NCBI RefSeq assembly: GCF_009914755.1
Contig: NC_060941.1
Length of the DNA stretch: 64,000 nt
Direction: 5' to 3' (one strand)
DNA from: the human T2T-CHM13v2.0 reference genome, Homo sapiens
In this document: positions 11,601 through 26,600 of the stretch, in pieces
Numbering within the stretch: position 1 is the stretch's first letter
Layout: each line of letters opens with the position of its first letter
Notes under the pieces: generated by a model
Database searches by the model: none
The model's input: the letters and a program-made list of their open reading frames with translations, nothing else
What the model was told of the DNA's origin: nothing
Program-made: the position numbers and the translations under genes

Positions 11601-14600
11601 CGGGTATATCTTCGCATAAAATCTAGACAGAAGCCTTCTCAGAAACTTCTCTGTGATGATTGCATTCAACTCACAGAGTTGAACCCTCCTATGGATAGAG
11701 CAGTGTTGAAACTCTCTTTTTGTGGAATCTGCAAGTGGATACGTGGACCTCTCCGAAGATGTCTTTGGAAACGGGAATATCTTCACATAAAAACTAAACA
11801 GAAGCATTCTCAGAAACTTCTCTGTGATGTTTGTGTTCAACTCCCAGAGTTTCACATTGCTTTTCATAGAGTAGTTCTGAAACATGCTTTTCGTAGTGTC
11901 TACAAGTGGACATTTGGAGCGCTTTCAGGCCTGTGGTGGAAAACGAATTATGGTCACATAAAAACTGGAGAGAAGCATTGTCAGAAACTTCTTTGTGATG
12001 ATTGCATTCAACTCACAGAGTTGAAGGTTCCTTTTCAAAGAGCAGTTTCCAATCACTCTTTCTGTGGAATCTGCAAGTGGATATTTGGACCTATTTTGAA
12101 GATTTCGTTGGAAACGGGAGAATCTTCACAGGAAAGCTAAACAGAAGCATTCTCAGAAACTTCTTTGTGATGCTTGCATTCAACTCACAGAGTTGAACTT
12201 TCCTTTCGAGAGAGAAGCTTTGAAACACTCTTTTTCCAGAATCTGCAAGTGGACATTTGGAGGGCTTTGAGGCCTGTGGTGGAAAAGGAATTATCTTCCC
12301 GTAAAAGCTAGATAGAAGCATTCTCAGAAACTACTTTGTGATGATTGCATTCAAGTCACAGAGTTGAACATTCCCTTTGACAGAGCAGTTTGGAAACTCT
12401 CTTTGTGTAGAATCTGCAAGTGGAGATATGGACCGCTTTGAGGCCTATGGTAGTAAAGGAAATAGCTTCATATAAAAGCTAGACAGTAGCATTCACAGAA
12501 AACTCTTGGTGACGACTGAGTTTAACTCACAGAGCTGAACATTCCTTTGGATGGAGCAGTTTCGAAACACACTATTTGTAGAATGTGCAAGTGGATATTT
12601 AGGCCTCTCTGAGGATTTCGTTGGAAACGGGATAAACCGCACAGAACTAAACAGAAGCATTCTCAGAACCTTCTTCGTGATGTTTGCATTCAACTCACAG
12701 TGTTGAACCTTTCTTTGATAGTTCAGGTTTGAAACGGTCTTTCTGTAGAAACTGCAAGTAGATATTTGGACCTCTCTGAGGATTTCGTTGGAAACGGGAT
12801 AACCCGCACAGAACTAAAACAGAAGCATTCTCAGAACCCTCTTCGTGATGTTTGCATTCAACTCACAGTGCTGAACCTTTCTTTGATAGTTCAGCTTTGA
12901 AACACTCTTTTTGTAGAAACTGCAAGTGGATATTTGGTCCTCTCTGAGCATTTCGTTGGAAACGGGATAAACTGCACAGAACTAAACAGAAGCATTCTCA
13001 GAACCTTCTTCGTGATGTCTGCATTCAACTCACAGTGTGGAACCTTTCTTTGATAGTTCAGGTTTGAAACACTCTTTTTGTAGAAACTGCAAGGGGATAA
13101 TTGCACTCTTTGAGGAGTACCGTAGTAAAGGAAATAACTTCCTATAAAAAGAAGACAGAAGCTTTCTCAGAAAATTCTTTGGGATGATTGAGTTGAACTC
13201 ACAGAGCTGAGCATTCCTTGCGATGTAGCAGTTTAGAAACACACTTTCTGCAGAATCTGCAAGTGCATATTTGGACCTCTGTGAGGAATTCGTTGGAAAC
13301 GGGATAATTTCAGCTGACTAAACAGAAGCAGTCTCAGAATCTTCTTTGTGATGTTTGCATTCAAATCCCCGAGTTGAACTTTCCTTTCAAAGTTCACGTT
13401 TGAAACACTCTTTTTGCAGGATCTACAAGTGGATATTTGGACCACTCTGTGTCCTTCGATCGAAACGGGTATATCTTCACATGACATCTAGACAGAAGCA
13501 TCCTCAGAAGCTTCTCTGTGATGACTGCATTCAACTCACGGAGTTGAACACTCCTTTTGAGAGCGCAGTTTTGAAACTCTCTTTCTGTGGCATCTGCAAG
13601 GGGACATGTAGACCTCTTTGAAGATTTCGTTGGAAACGGAATCATCTTCACATAAAAACTACACAGATGCATTCTCAGGAACTTTTTGGTGATGTTTGTA
13701 TTCAACTCCCAGAGTTGAACTTTCCTTTGGAAAGAGCAGCTATGAAACACTGTTTTTCTAGAATCTGCAAGTGGACGTTTGGAGGGCTTTGTGGTTTGTG
13801 GTGGAAAAGGAAATATCTTCACCTAAATACTAGATAGAAGCATTCTCAGAAACTGCTTTGTGATGATTGCATTCACCTCACAGAGTTGAACATTCCTATT
13901 GATAGAGCAGTTTGGAAACACTCTTGTTGTGGAATGTGCAAGTGGAGATTTGGAGCGCTTTGAGGCCTATGGTAGTAAAGGGAATAGCTTCATAGAAAAA
14001 CTAGACAGAAGCATTCTCAGAAAATACTTTGTGATGATTGAGTTTAACTCACAGAGCTGAACATTCCTTTGGATGGAGCAGGTTTGAGACACACTTTTTG
14101 TAGAATCTACAAGTGGATATTTGGACCTCTCTGAGGATTTCGTTGGAAACGGGATAACTGCACCTAACTAAACGGAAGCATTCTCAGAAACTTCTTGGTG
14201 ATGTTTGCATTCAAATCCCAGAGTTGAACCTTCCTTTGATAGTTCAGGTTTGAAACACTCTTTTTGTAGGATCTGCAAGTGGATATTTGGACCACTCTGT
14301 GGCCTTCGTTCGAAACGGGTATATCTTCGCATAAAATCTAGACAGAAGCCTTCTCAGAAACTTCTCTGTGATGATTGCATTCAACTCACAGAGTTGAACC
14401 CTCCTATGGATAGAGCAGTGTTGAAACTCTCTTTTTGTGGAATCTGCAAGTGGATACGTGGACCTCTCCGAAGATGTCTTTGGAAACGGGAATATCTTCA
14501 CATAAAAACTAAACAGAAGCATTCTCAGAAACTTCTCTGTGATGTTTGTGTTCAACTCCCAGAGTTTCACATTGCTTTTCATAGAGTAGTTCTGAAACAT

Positions 14601-17600
14601 GCTTTTCGTAGTGTCTACAAGTGGACATTTGGAGCGCTTTCAGGCCTGTGGTGGAAAACGAATTATGGTCACATAAAAACTGGAGAGAAGCATTGTCAGA
14701 AACTTCTTTGTGATGATTGCATTCAACTCACAGAGTTGAAGGTTCCTTTTCAAAGAGCAGTTTCCAATCACTCTTTCTGTGGAATCTGCAAGTGGATATT
14801 TGGACCTATTTTGAAGATTTCGTTGGAAACGGGAGAATCTTCACAGGAAAGCTAAACAGAAGCATTCTCAGAAACTTCTTTGTGATGCTTGCATTCAACT
14901 CACAGAGTTGAACTTTCCTTTCGAGAGAGAAGCTTTGAAACACTCTTTTTCCAGAATCTGCAAGTGGACATTTGGAGGGCTTTGAGGCCTGTGGTGGAAA
15001 AGGAATTATCTTCCCGTAAAAGCTAGATAGAAGCATTCTCAGAAACTACTTTGTGATGATTGCATTCAAGTCACAGAGTTGAACATTCCCTTTGACAGAG
15101 CAGTTTGGAAACTCTCTTTGTGTAGAATCTGCAAGTGGAGATATGGACCGCTTTGAGGCCTATGGTAGTAAAGGAAATAGCTTCATATAAAAGCTAGACA
15201 GTAGCATTCACAGAAAACTCTTGGTGACGACTGAGTTTAACTCACAGAGCTGAACATTCCTTTGGATGGAGCAGTTTCGAAACACACTATTTGTAGAATG
15301 TGCAAGTGGATATTTAGGCCTCTCTGAGGATTTCGTTGGAAACGGGATAAACCGCACAGAACTAAACAGAAGCATTCTCAGAACCTTCTTCGTGATGTTT
15401 GCATTCAACTCACAGTGTTGAACCTTTCTTTGATAGTTCAGGTTTGAAACGGTCTTTCTGTAGAAACTGCAAGTAGATATTTGGACCGCTCTGAGGATTT
15501 CGTTGGAAACGGGATAACCCGCACAGAACTAAAACAGAAGCATTCTCAGAACCCTCTTCGTGATGTTTGCATTCAACTCACAGTGCTGAACCTTTCTTTG
15601 ATAGTTCAGCTTTGAAACACTCTTTTTGTAGAAACTGCAAGTGTATATTTGGTCCTCTCTGAGGATTTCGTTGGAAACGGGATAAACTGCACAGAACTAA
15701 ACAGAAGCATTCTCAGAACCTTCTTCGTGATGTCTGCATTCAACTCACAGTGTGGAACCTTTCTTTGATAGTTCAGGTTTGAAACACTCTTTTTGTAGAA
15801 ACTGCAAGGGGATAATTGCACTCTTTGAGGAGTACCGTAGTAAAGGAAATAACTTCCTATAAAAAGAAGACAGAAGCTTTCTCAGAAAATTCTTTGGGAT
15901 GATTGAGTTGAACTCACAGAGCTGAGCATTCCTTGCGATGTAGCAGTTTAGAAACACACTTTCTGCAGAATCTGCAAGTGCATATTTGGACCTCTGTGAG
16001 GAATTCGTTGGAAACGGGATAATTTCAGCTGACTAAACAGAAGCAGTCTCAGAATCTTCTTTGTGATGTTTGCATTCAAATCCCCGAGTTGAACTTTCCT
16101 TTCAAAGTTCACGTTTGAAACACTCTTTTTGCAGGATCTACAAGTGGATATTTGGACCACTCTGTGTCCTTCGATCGAAACGGGTGTATCTTCACATGAC
16201 ATCTAGACAGAAGCATCCTCAGAAGCTTCTCTGTGATGACTGCATTCAACTCACGGAGTTGAACACTCCTTTTGAGAGCGCAGTTTTGAAACTCTCTTTC
16301 TGTGGCATCTGCAAGGGGACATGTAGACCTCTTTGAAGATTTCGTTGGAAACGGAATCATCTTCACATAAAAACTACACAGATGCATTCTCAGGAACTTT
16401 TTGGTGATGTTTGTATTCAACTCCCAGAGTTGAACTTTCCTTTGGAAAGAGCAGCTATGAAACACTGTTTTTCTAGAATCTGCAAGTGGACGTTTGGAGG
16501 GCTTTGTGGTTTGTGGTGGAAAAGGAAATATCTTCACCTAAATACTAGATAGAAGCATTCTCAGAAACTGCTTTGTGATGATTGCATTCACCTCACAGAG
16601 TTGAACATTCCTATTGATAGAGCAGTTTGGAAACACTCTTGTTGTGGAATGTGCAAGTGGAGATTTGGAGCGCTTTGAGGCCTATGGTAGTAAAGGGAAT
16701 AGCTTCATAGAAAAACTAGACAGAAGCATTCTCAGAAAATACTTTGTGATGATTGAGTTTAACTCACAGAGCTGACCATTCCTTTGGATGGAGCAGGTTT
16801 GAGACACACTTTTTGTAGAATCTACAAGTGGATATTTGGACCTCTCTGAGGATTTCGTTGGAAACGGGATAACTGCACCTAACTAAACGGAAGCATTCTC
16901 AGAAACTTCTTGGTGATGTTTGCATTCAAATCCCAGAGTTGAACCTTCCTTTGATAGTTCAGGTTTGAAACACTCTTTTTGTAGGATCTGCAAGTGGATA
17001 TTTGGACCACTCTGTGGCCTTCGTTCGAAACGGGTATATCTTCGCATAAAATCTAGACAGAAGCCTTCTCAGAAACTTCTCTGTGATGATTGCATTCAAC
17101 TCACAGAGTTGAACCCTCCTATGGATAGAGCAGTGTTGAAACTCTCTTTTTGTGGAATCTGCAAGTGGATACGTGGACCTCTCCGAAGATGTCTTTGGAA
17201 ACGGGAATATCTTCACATAAAAACTAAACAGAAGCATTCTCAGAAACTTCTCTGTGATGTTTGTGTTCAACTCCCAGAGTTTCACATTGCTTTTCATAGA
17301 GTAGTTCTGAAACATGCTTTTCGTAGTGTCTACAAGTGGACATTTGGAGCGCTTTCAGGCCTGTGGTGGAAAACGAATTATGGTCACATAAAAACTGGAG
17401 AGAAGCATTGTCAGAAACTTCTTTGTGATGATTGCATTCAACTCACAGAGTTGAAGGTTCCTTTTCAAAGAGCAGTTTCCAATCACTCTTTCTGTGGAAT
17501 CTGCAAGTGGATATTTGGACCTATTTTGAAGATTTCGTTGGAAACGGGAGAATCTTCACAGGAAAGCTAAACAGAAGCATTCTCAGAAACTTCTTTGTGA

Positions 17601-20600
17601 TGCTTGCATTCAACTCACAGAGTTGAACTTTCCTTTCGAGAGAGAAGCTTTGAAACACTCTTTTTCCAGAATCTGCAAGTGGACATTTGGAGGGCTTTGA
17701 GGCCTGTGGTGGAAAAGGAATTATCTTCCCGTAAAAGCTAGATAGAAGCATTCTCAGAAACTACTTTGTGATGATTGCATTCAAGTCACAGAGTTGAACA
17801 TTCCCTTTGACAGAGCAGTTTGGAAACTCTCTTTGTGTAGAATCTGCAAGTGGAGATATGGACCGCTTTGAGGCCTATGGTAGTAAAGGAAATAGCTTCA
17901 TATAAAAGCTAGACAGTAGCATTCACAGAAAACTCTTGGTGACGACTGAGTTTAACTCACAGAGCTGAACATTCCTTTGGATGGAGCAGTTTCGAAACAC
18001 ACTATTTGTAGAATGTGCAAGTGGATATTTAGGCCTCTCTGAGGATTTCGTTGGAAACGGGATAAACCGCACAGAACTAAACAGAAGCATTCTCAGAACC
18101 TTCTTCGTGATGTTTGCATTCAACTCACAGTGTTGAACCTTTCTTTGATAGTTCAGGTTTGAAACGGTCTTTCTGTAGAAACTGCAAGTAGATATTTGGA
18201 CCGCTCTGAGGATTTCGTTGGAAACGGGATAACCCGCACAGAACTAAAACAGAAGCATTCTCAGAACCCTCTTCGTGATGTTTGCATTCAACTCACAGTG
18301 CTGAACCTTTCTTTGATAGTTCAGCTTTGAAACACTCTTTTTGTAGAAACTGCAAGTGGATATTTGGTCCTCTCTGAGGAATTCGTTGGAAACGGGATAA
18401 ACTGCACAGAACTAAACAGAAGCATTCTCAGAACCTTCTTCGTGATGTCTGCATTCAACTCACAGTGTGGAACCTTTCTTTGATAGTTCAGGTTTGAAAC
18501 ACTCTTTTTGTAGAAACTGCAAGGGGATAATTGCACTCTTTGAGGAGTACCGTAGTAAAGGAAATAACTTCCTATAAAAAGAAGACAGAAGCTTTCTCAG
18601 AAAATTCTTTGGGATGATTGAGTTGAACTCACAGAGCTGAGCATTCCTTGCGATGTAGCAGTTTAGAAACACACTTTCTGCAGAATCTGCAAGTGCATAT
18701 TTGGACCTCTGTGAGGAATTCGTTGGAAACGGGATAATTTCAGCTGACTAAACAGAAGCAGTCTCAGAATCTTCTTTGTGATGTTTGCATTCAAATCCCC
18801 GAGTTGAACTTTCCTTTCAAAGTTCACGTTTGAAACACTCTTTTTGCAGGATCTACAAGTGGATATTTGGACCACTCTGTGTCCTTCGATCGAAACGGGT
18901 GTATCTTCACATGACATCTAGACAGAAGCATCCTCAGAAGCTTCTCTGTGATGACTGCATTCAACTCACGGAGTTGAACACTCCTTTTGAGAGCGCAGTT
19001 TTGAAACTCTCTTTCTGTGGCATCTGCAAGGGGACATGTAGACCTCTTTGAAGATTTCGTTGGAAACGGAATCATCTTCACATAAAAACTACACAGATGC
19101 ATTCTCAGGAACTTTTTGGTGATGTTTGTATTCAACTCCCAGAGTTGAACTTTCCTTTGGAAAGAGCAGCTATGAAACACTGTTTTTCTAGAATCTGCAA
19201 GTGGACGTTTGGAGGGCTTTGTGGTTTGTGGTGGAAAAGGAAATATCTTCACCTAAATACTAGATAGAAGCATTCTCAGAAACTGCTTTGTGATGATTGC
19301 ATTCACCTCACAGAGTTGAACATTCCTATTGATAGAGCAGTTTGGAAACACTCTTGTTGTGGAATGTGCAAGTGGAGATTTGGAGCGCTTTGAGGCCTAT
19401 GGTAGTAAAGGGAATAGCTTCATAGAAAAACTAGACAGAAGCATTCTCAGAAAATACTTTGTGATGATTGAGTTTAACTCACAGAGCTGAACATTCCTTT
19501 GGATGGAGCAGGTTTGAGACACACTTTTTGTAGAATCTACAAGTGGATATTTGGACCTCTCTGAGGATTTCGTTGGAAACGGGATAACTGCACCTAACTA
19601 AACGGAAGCATTCTCAGAAACTTCTTGGTGATGTTTGCATTCAAATCCCAGAGTTGAACCTTCCTTTGATAGTTCAGGTTTGAAACACTCTTTTTGTAGG
19701 ATCTGCAAGTGGATATTTGGACCACTCTGTGGCCTTCGTTCGAAACGGGTATATCTTCGCATAAAATCTAGACAGAAGCCTTCTCAGAAACTTCTCTGTG
19801 ATGATTGCATTCAACTCACAGAGTTGAACCCTCCTATGGATAGAGCAGTGTTGAAACTCTCTTTTTGTGGAATCTGCAAGTGGATACGTGGACCTCTCCG
19901 AAGATGTCTTTGGAAACGGGAATATCTTCACATAAAAACTAAACAGAAGCATTCTCAGAAACTTCTCTGTGATGTTTGTGTTCAACTCCCAGAGTTTCAC
20001 ATTGCTTTTCATAGAGTAGTTCTGAAACATGCTTTTCGTAGTGTCTACAAGTGGACATTTGGAGCGCTTTCAGGCCTGTGGTGGAAAACGAATTATGGTC
20101 ACATAAAAACTGGAGAGAAGCATTGTCAGAAACTTCTTTGTGATGATTGCATTCAACTCACAGAGTTGAAGGTTCCTTTTCAAAGAGCAGTTTCCAATCA
20201 CTCTTTCTGTGGAATCTGCAAGTGGATATTTGGACCTATTTTGAAGATTTCGTTGGAAACGGGAGAATCTTCACAGGAAAGCTAAACAGAAGCATTCTCA
20301 GAAACTTCTTTGTGATGCTTGCATTCAACTCACAGAGTTGAACTTTCCTTTCGAGAGAGAAGCTTTGAAACACTCTTTTTCCAGAATCTGCAAGTGGACA
20401 TTTGGAGGGCTTTGAGGCCTGTGGTGGAAAAGGAATTATCTTCCCGTAAAAGCTAGATAGAAGCATTCTCAGAAACTACTTTGTGATGATTGCATTCAAG
20501 TCACAGAGTTGAACATTCCCTTTGACAGAGCAGTTTGGAAACTCTCTTTGTGTAGAATCTGCAAGTGGAGATATGGACCGCTTTGAGGCCTATGGTAGTA

Positions 20601-23600
20601 AAGGAAATAGCTTCATATAAAAGCTAGACAGTAGCATTCACAGAAAACTCTTGGTGACGACTGAGTTTAACTCACAGAGCTGAACATTCCTTTGGATGGA
20701 GCAGTTTCGAAACACACTATTTGTAGAATGTGCAAGTGGATATTTAGGCCTCTCTGAGGATTTCGTTGGAAACGGGATAAACCGCACAGAACTAAACAGA
20801 AGCATTCTCAGAACCTTCTTCGTGATGTTTGCATTCAACTCACAGTGTTGAACCTTTCTTTGATAGTTCAGGTTTGAAACGGTCTTTCTGCAGAAACTGC
20901 AAGTAGATATTTGGACCGCTCTGAGGATTTCGTTGGAAACGGGATAACCCGCACAGAACTAAAACAGAAGCATTCTCAGAACCCTCTTCGTGATGTTTGC
21001 ATTCAACTCACAGTGCTGAACCTTTCTTTGATAGTTCAGCTTTGAAACACTCTTTTTGTAGAAACTGCAAGTGGATATTTGGTCCTCTCTGAGGATTTCG
21101 TTGGAAACGGGATAAACTGCACAGAACTAAACAGAAGCATTCTCAGAACCTTCTTCGTGATGTCTGCATTCAACTCACAGTGTGGAACCTTTCTTTGATA
21201 GTTCAGGTTTGAAACACTCTTTTTGTAGAAACTGCAAGGGGATAATTGCACTCTTTGAGGAGTACCGTAGTAAAGGAAATAACTTCCTATAAAAAGAAGA
21301 CAGAAGCTTTCTCAGAAAATTCTTTGGGATGATTGAGTTGAACTCACAGAGCTGAGCATTCCTTGCGATGTAGCAGTTTAGAAACACACTTTCTGCAGAA
21401 TCTGCAAGTGCATATTTGGACCTCTGTGAGGAATTCGTTGGAAACGGGATAATTTCAGCTGACTAAACAGAAGCAGTCTCAGAATCTTCTTTGTGATGTT
21501 TGCATTCAAATCCCCGAGTTGAACTTTCCTTTCAAAGTTCACGTTTGAAACACTCTTTATGCAGGATCTACAAGTGGATATTTGGACCACTCTGTGTCCT
21601 TCGATCGAAACGGGTATATCTTCACATGACATCTAGACAGAAGCATCCTCAGAAGCTTCTCTGTGATGACTGCATTCAACTCACGGAGTTGAACACTCCT
21701 TTTGAGAGCGCAGTTTTGAAACTCTCTTTCTGTGGCATCTGCAAGGGGACATGTAGACCTCTTTGAAGATTTCGTTGGAAACGGAATCATCTTCACATAA
21801 AAACTACACAGATGCATTCTCAGGAACTTTTTGGTGATGTTTGTATTCAACTCCCAGAGTTGAACTTTCCTTTGGAAAGAGCAGCTATGAAACACTGTTT
21901 TTCTATAATCTGCAAGTGGACGTTTGGAGGGCTTTGTGGTTTGTGGTGGAAAAGGAAATATCTTCACCTAAATACTAGATAGAAGCATTCTCAGAAACTG
22001 CTTTGTGATGATTGCATTCACCTCACAGAGTTGAACATTCCTATTGATAGAGCAGTTTGGAAACACTCTTGTTGTGGAATGTGCAAGTGGAGATTTGGAG
22101 CGCTTTGAGGCCTATGGTAGTAAAGGGAATAGCTTCATAGAAAAACTAGACAGAAGCATTCTCAGAAAATACTTTGTGATGATTGAGTTTAACTCACAGA
22201 GCTGAACATTCCTTTGGATGGAGCAGGTTTGAGACACACTTTTTGTAGAATCTACAAGTGGATATTTGGACCTCTCTGAGGATTTCGTTGGAAACGGGAT
22301 AACTGCACCTAACTAAACGGAAGCATTCTCAGAAACTTCTTGGTGATGTTTGCATTCAAATCCCAGAGTTGAACCTTCCTTTGATAGTTCAGGTTTGAAA
22401 CACTCTTTTTGTAGGATCTGCAAGTGGATATTTGGACCACTCTGTGGCCTTCGTTCGAAACGGGTATATCTTCGCATAAAATCTAGACAGAAGCCTTCTC
22501 AGAAACTTCTCTGTGATGATTGCATTCAACTCACAGAGTTGAACCCTCCTATGGATAGAGCAGTGTTGAAACTCTCTTTTTGTGGAATCTGCAAGTGGAT
22601 ACGTGGACCTCTCCGAAGATGTCTTTGGAAACGGGAATATCTTCACATAAAAACTAAACAGAAGCATTCTCAGAAACTTCTCTGTGATGTTTGTGTTCAA
22701 CTCCCAGAGTTTCACATTGCTTTTCATAGAGTAGTTCTGAAACATGCTTTTCGTAGTGTCTACAAGTGGACATTTGGAGCGCTTTCAGGCCTGTGGTGGA
22801 AAACGAATTATGGTCACATAAAAACTGGAGAGAAGCATTGTCAGAAACTTCTTTGTGATGATTGCATTCAACTCACAGAGTTGAAGGTTCCTTTTCAAAG
22901 AGCAGTTTCCAATCACTCTTTCTGTGGAATCTGCAAGTGGATATTTGGACCTATTTTGAAGATTTCGTTGGAAACGGGAGAATCTTCACAGGAAAGCTAA
23001 ACAGAAGCATTCTCAGAAACTTCTTTGTGATGCTTGCATTCAACTCACAGAGTTGAACTTTCCTTTCGAGAGAGAAGCTTTGAAACACTCTTTTTCCAGA
23101 ATCTGCAAGTGGACATTTGGAGGGCTTTGAGGCCTGTGGTGGAAAAGGAATTATCTTCCCGTAAAAGCTAGATAGAAGCATTCTCAGAAACTACTTTGTG
23201 ATGATTGCATTCAAGTCACAGAGTTGAACATTCCCTTTGACAGAGCAGTTTGGAAACTCTCTTTGTGTAGAATCTGCAAGTGGAGATATGGACCGCTTTG
23301 AGGCCTATGGTAGTAAAGGAAATAGCTTCATATAAAAGCTAGACAGTAGCATTCACAGAAAACTCTTGGTGACGACTGAGTTTAACTCACAGAGCTGAAC
23401 ATTCCTTTGGATGGAGCAGTTTCGAAACACACTATTTGTAGAATGTGCAAGTGGATATTTAGGCCTCTCTGAGGATTTCGTTGGAAACGGGATAAACCGC
23501 ACAGAACTAAACAGAAGCATTCTCAGAACCTTCTTCGTGATGTTTGCATTCAACTCACAGTGTTGAACCTTTCTTTGATAGTTCAGGTTTGAAACGGTCT

Positions 23601-26600
23601 TTCTGTAGAAACTGCAAGTAGATATTTGGACCTCTCTGAGGATTTCGTTGGAAACGGGATAACCCGCACAGAACTAAAACAGAAGCATTCTCAGAACCCT
23701 CTTCGTGATGTTTGCATTCAACTCACAGTGCTGAACCTTTCTTTGATAGTTCAGCTTTGAAACACTCTTTTTGTAGAAACTGCAAGTGGATATTTGGTCC
23801 TCTCTGAGGAATTCGTTGGAAACGGGATAAACTGCACAGAACTAAACAGAAGCATTCTCAGAACCTTCTTCGTGATGTCTGCATTCAACTCACAGTGTGG
23901 AACCTTTCTTTGATAGTTCAGGTTTGAAACACTCTTTTTGTAGAAACTGCAAGGGGATAATTGCACTCTTTGAGGAGTACCGTAGTAAAGGAAATAACTT
24001 CCTATAAAAAGAAGACAGAAGCTTTCTCAGAAAATTCTTTGGGATGATTGAGTTGAACTCACAGAGCTGAGCATTCCTTGCGATGTAGCAGTTTAGAAAC
24101 ACACTTTCTGCAGAATCTGCAAGTGCATATTTGGACCTCTGTGAGGAATTCGTTGGAAACGGGATAATTTCAGCTGACTAAACAGAAGCAGTCTCAGAAT
24201 CTTCTTTGTGATGTTTGCATTCAAATCCCCGAGTTGAACTTTCCTTTCAAAGTTCACGTTTGAAACACTCTTTTTGCAGGATCTACAAGTGGATATTTGG
24301 ACCACTCTGTGTCCTTCGATCGAAACGGGTGTATCTTCACATGACATCTAGACAGAAGCATCCTCAGAAGCTTCTCTGTGATGACTGCATTCAACTCACG
24401 GAGTTGAACACTCCTTTTGAGAGCGCAGTTTTGAAACTCTCTTTCTGTGGCATCTGCAAGGGGACATGTAGACCTCTTTGAAGATTTCGTTGGAAACGGA
24501 ATCATCTTCACATAAAAACTACACAGATGCATTCTCAGGAACTTTTTGGTGATGTTTGTATTCAACTCCCAGAGTTGAACTTTCCTTTGGAAAGAGCAGC
24601 TATGAAACACTGTTTTTCTAGAATCTGCAAGTGGACGTTTGGAGGGCTTTGTGGTTTGTGGTGGAAAAGGAAATATCTTCACCTAAATACTAGATAGAAG
24701 CATTCTCAGAAACTGCTTTGTGATGATTGCATTCACCTCACAGAGTTGAACATTCCTATTGATAGAGCAGTTTGGAAACACTCTTGTTGTGGAATGTGCA
24801 AGTGGAGATTTGGAGCGCTTTGAGGCCTATGGTAGTAAAGGGAATAGCTTCATAGAAAAACTAGACAGAAGCATTCTCAGAAAATACTTTGTGATGATTG
24901 AGTTTAACTCACAGAGCTGAACATTCCTTTGGATGGAGCAGGTTTGAGACACACTTTTTGTAGAATCTACAAGTGGATATTTGGACCTCTCTGAGGATTT
25001 CGTTGGAAACGGGATAACTGCACCTAACTAAACGGAAGCATTCTCAGAAACTTCTTGGTGATGTTTGCATTCAAATCCCAGAGTTGAACCTTCCTTTGAT
25101 AGTTCAGGTTTGAAACACTCTTTTTGTAGGATCTGCAAGTGGATATTTGGACCACTCTGTGGCCTTCGTTCGAAACGGGTATATCTTCGCATAAAATCTA
25201 GACAGAAGCCTTCTCAGAAACTTCTCTGTGATGATTGCATTCAACTCACAGAGTTGAACCCTCCTATGGATAGAGCAGTGTTGAAACTCTCTTTTTGTGG
25301 AATCTGCAAGTGGATACGTGGACCTCTCCGAAGATGTCTTTGGAAACGGGAATATCTTCACATAAAAACTAAACAGAAGCATTCTCAGAAACTTCTCTGT
25401 GATGTTTGTGTTCAACTCCCAGAGTTTCACATTGCTTTTCATAGAGTAGTTCTGAAACATGCTTTTCGTAGTGTCTACAAGTGGACATTTGGAGCGCTTT
25501 CAGGCCTGTGGTGGAAAACGAATTATGGTCACATAAAAACTGGAGAGAAGCATTGTCAGAAACTTCTTTGTGATGATTGCATTCAACTCACAGAGTTGAA
25601 GGTTCCTTTTCAAAGAGCAGTTTCCAATCACTCTTTCTGTGGAATCTGCAAGTGGATATTTGGACCTATTTTGAAGATTTCGTTGGAAACGGGAGAATCT
25701 TCACAGGAAAGCTAAACAGAAGCATTCTCAGAAACTTCTTTGTGATGCTTGCATTCAACTCACAGAGTTGAACTTTCCTTTCGAGAGAGAAGCTTTGAAA
25801 CACTCTTTTTCCAGAATCTGCAAGTGGACATTTGGAGGGCTTTGAGGCCTGTGGTGGAAAAGGAATTATCTTCCCGTAAAAGCTAGATAGAAGCATTCTC
25901 AGAAACTACTTTGTGATGATTGCATTCAAGTCACAGAGTTGAACATTCCCTTTGACAGAGCAGTTTGGAAACTCTCTTTGTGTAGAATCTGCAAGTGGAG
26001 ATATGGACCGCTTTGAGGCCTATGGTAGTAAAGGAAATAGCTTCATATAAAAGCTAGACAGTAGCATTCACAGAAAACTCTTGGTGACGACTGAGTTTAA
26101 CTCACAGAGCTGAACATTCCTTTGGATGGAGCAGTTTCGAAACACACTATTTGTAGAATGTGCAAGTGGATATTTAGGCCTCTCTGAGGATTTCGTTGGA
26201 AACGGGATAAACCGCACAGAACTAAACAGAAGCATTCTCAGAACCTTCTTCGTGATGTTTGCATTCAACTCACAGTGTTGAACCTTTCTTTGATAGTTCA
26301 GGTTTGAAACGGTCTTTCTGTAGAAACTGCAAGTAGATATTTGGACCTCTCTGAGGATTTCGTTGGAAACGGGATAACCCGCACAGAACTAAAACAGAAG
26401 CATTCTCAGAACCCTCTTCGTGATGTTTGCATTCAACTCACAGTGCTGAACCTTTCTTTGATAGTTCAGCTTTGAAACACTCTTTTTGTAGAAACTGCAA
26501 GTGGATATTTGGTCCTCTCTGAGGAATTCGTTGGAAACGGGATAAACTGCACAGAACTAAACAGAAGCATTCTCAGAACCTTCTTCGTGATGTCTGCATT

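Noticed and set aside
21557-21967. Shortened 136 aa ORF suggesting a pseudogenised copy
   Set aside because: It results from the single T>A at 21559 creating a stop codon in a non-genic frame.
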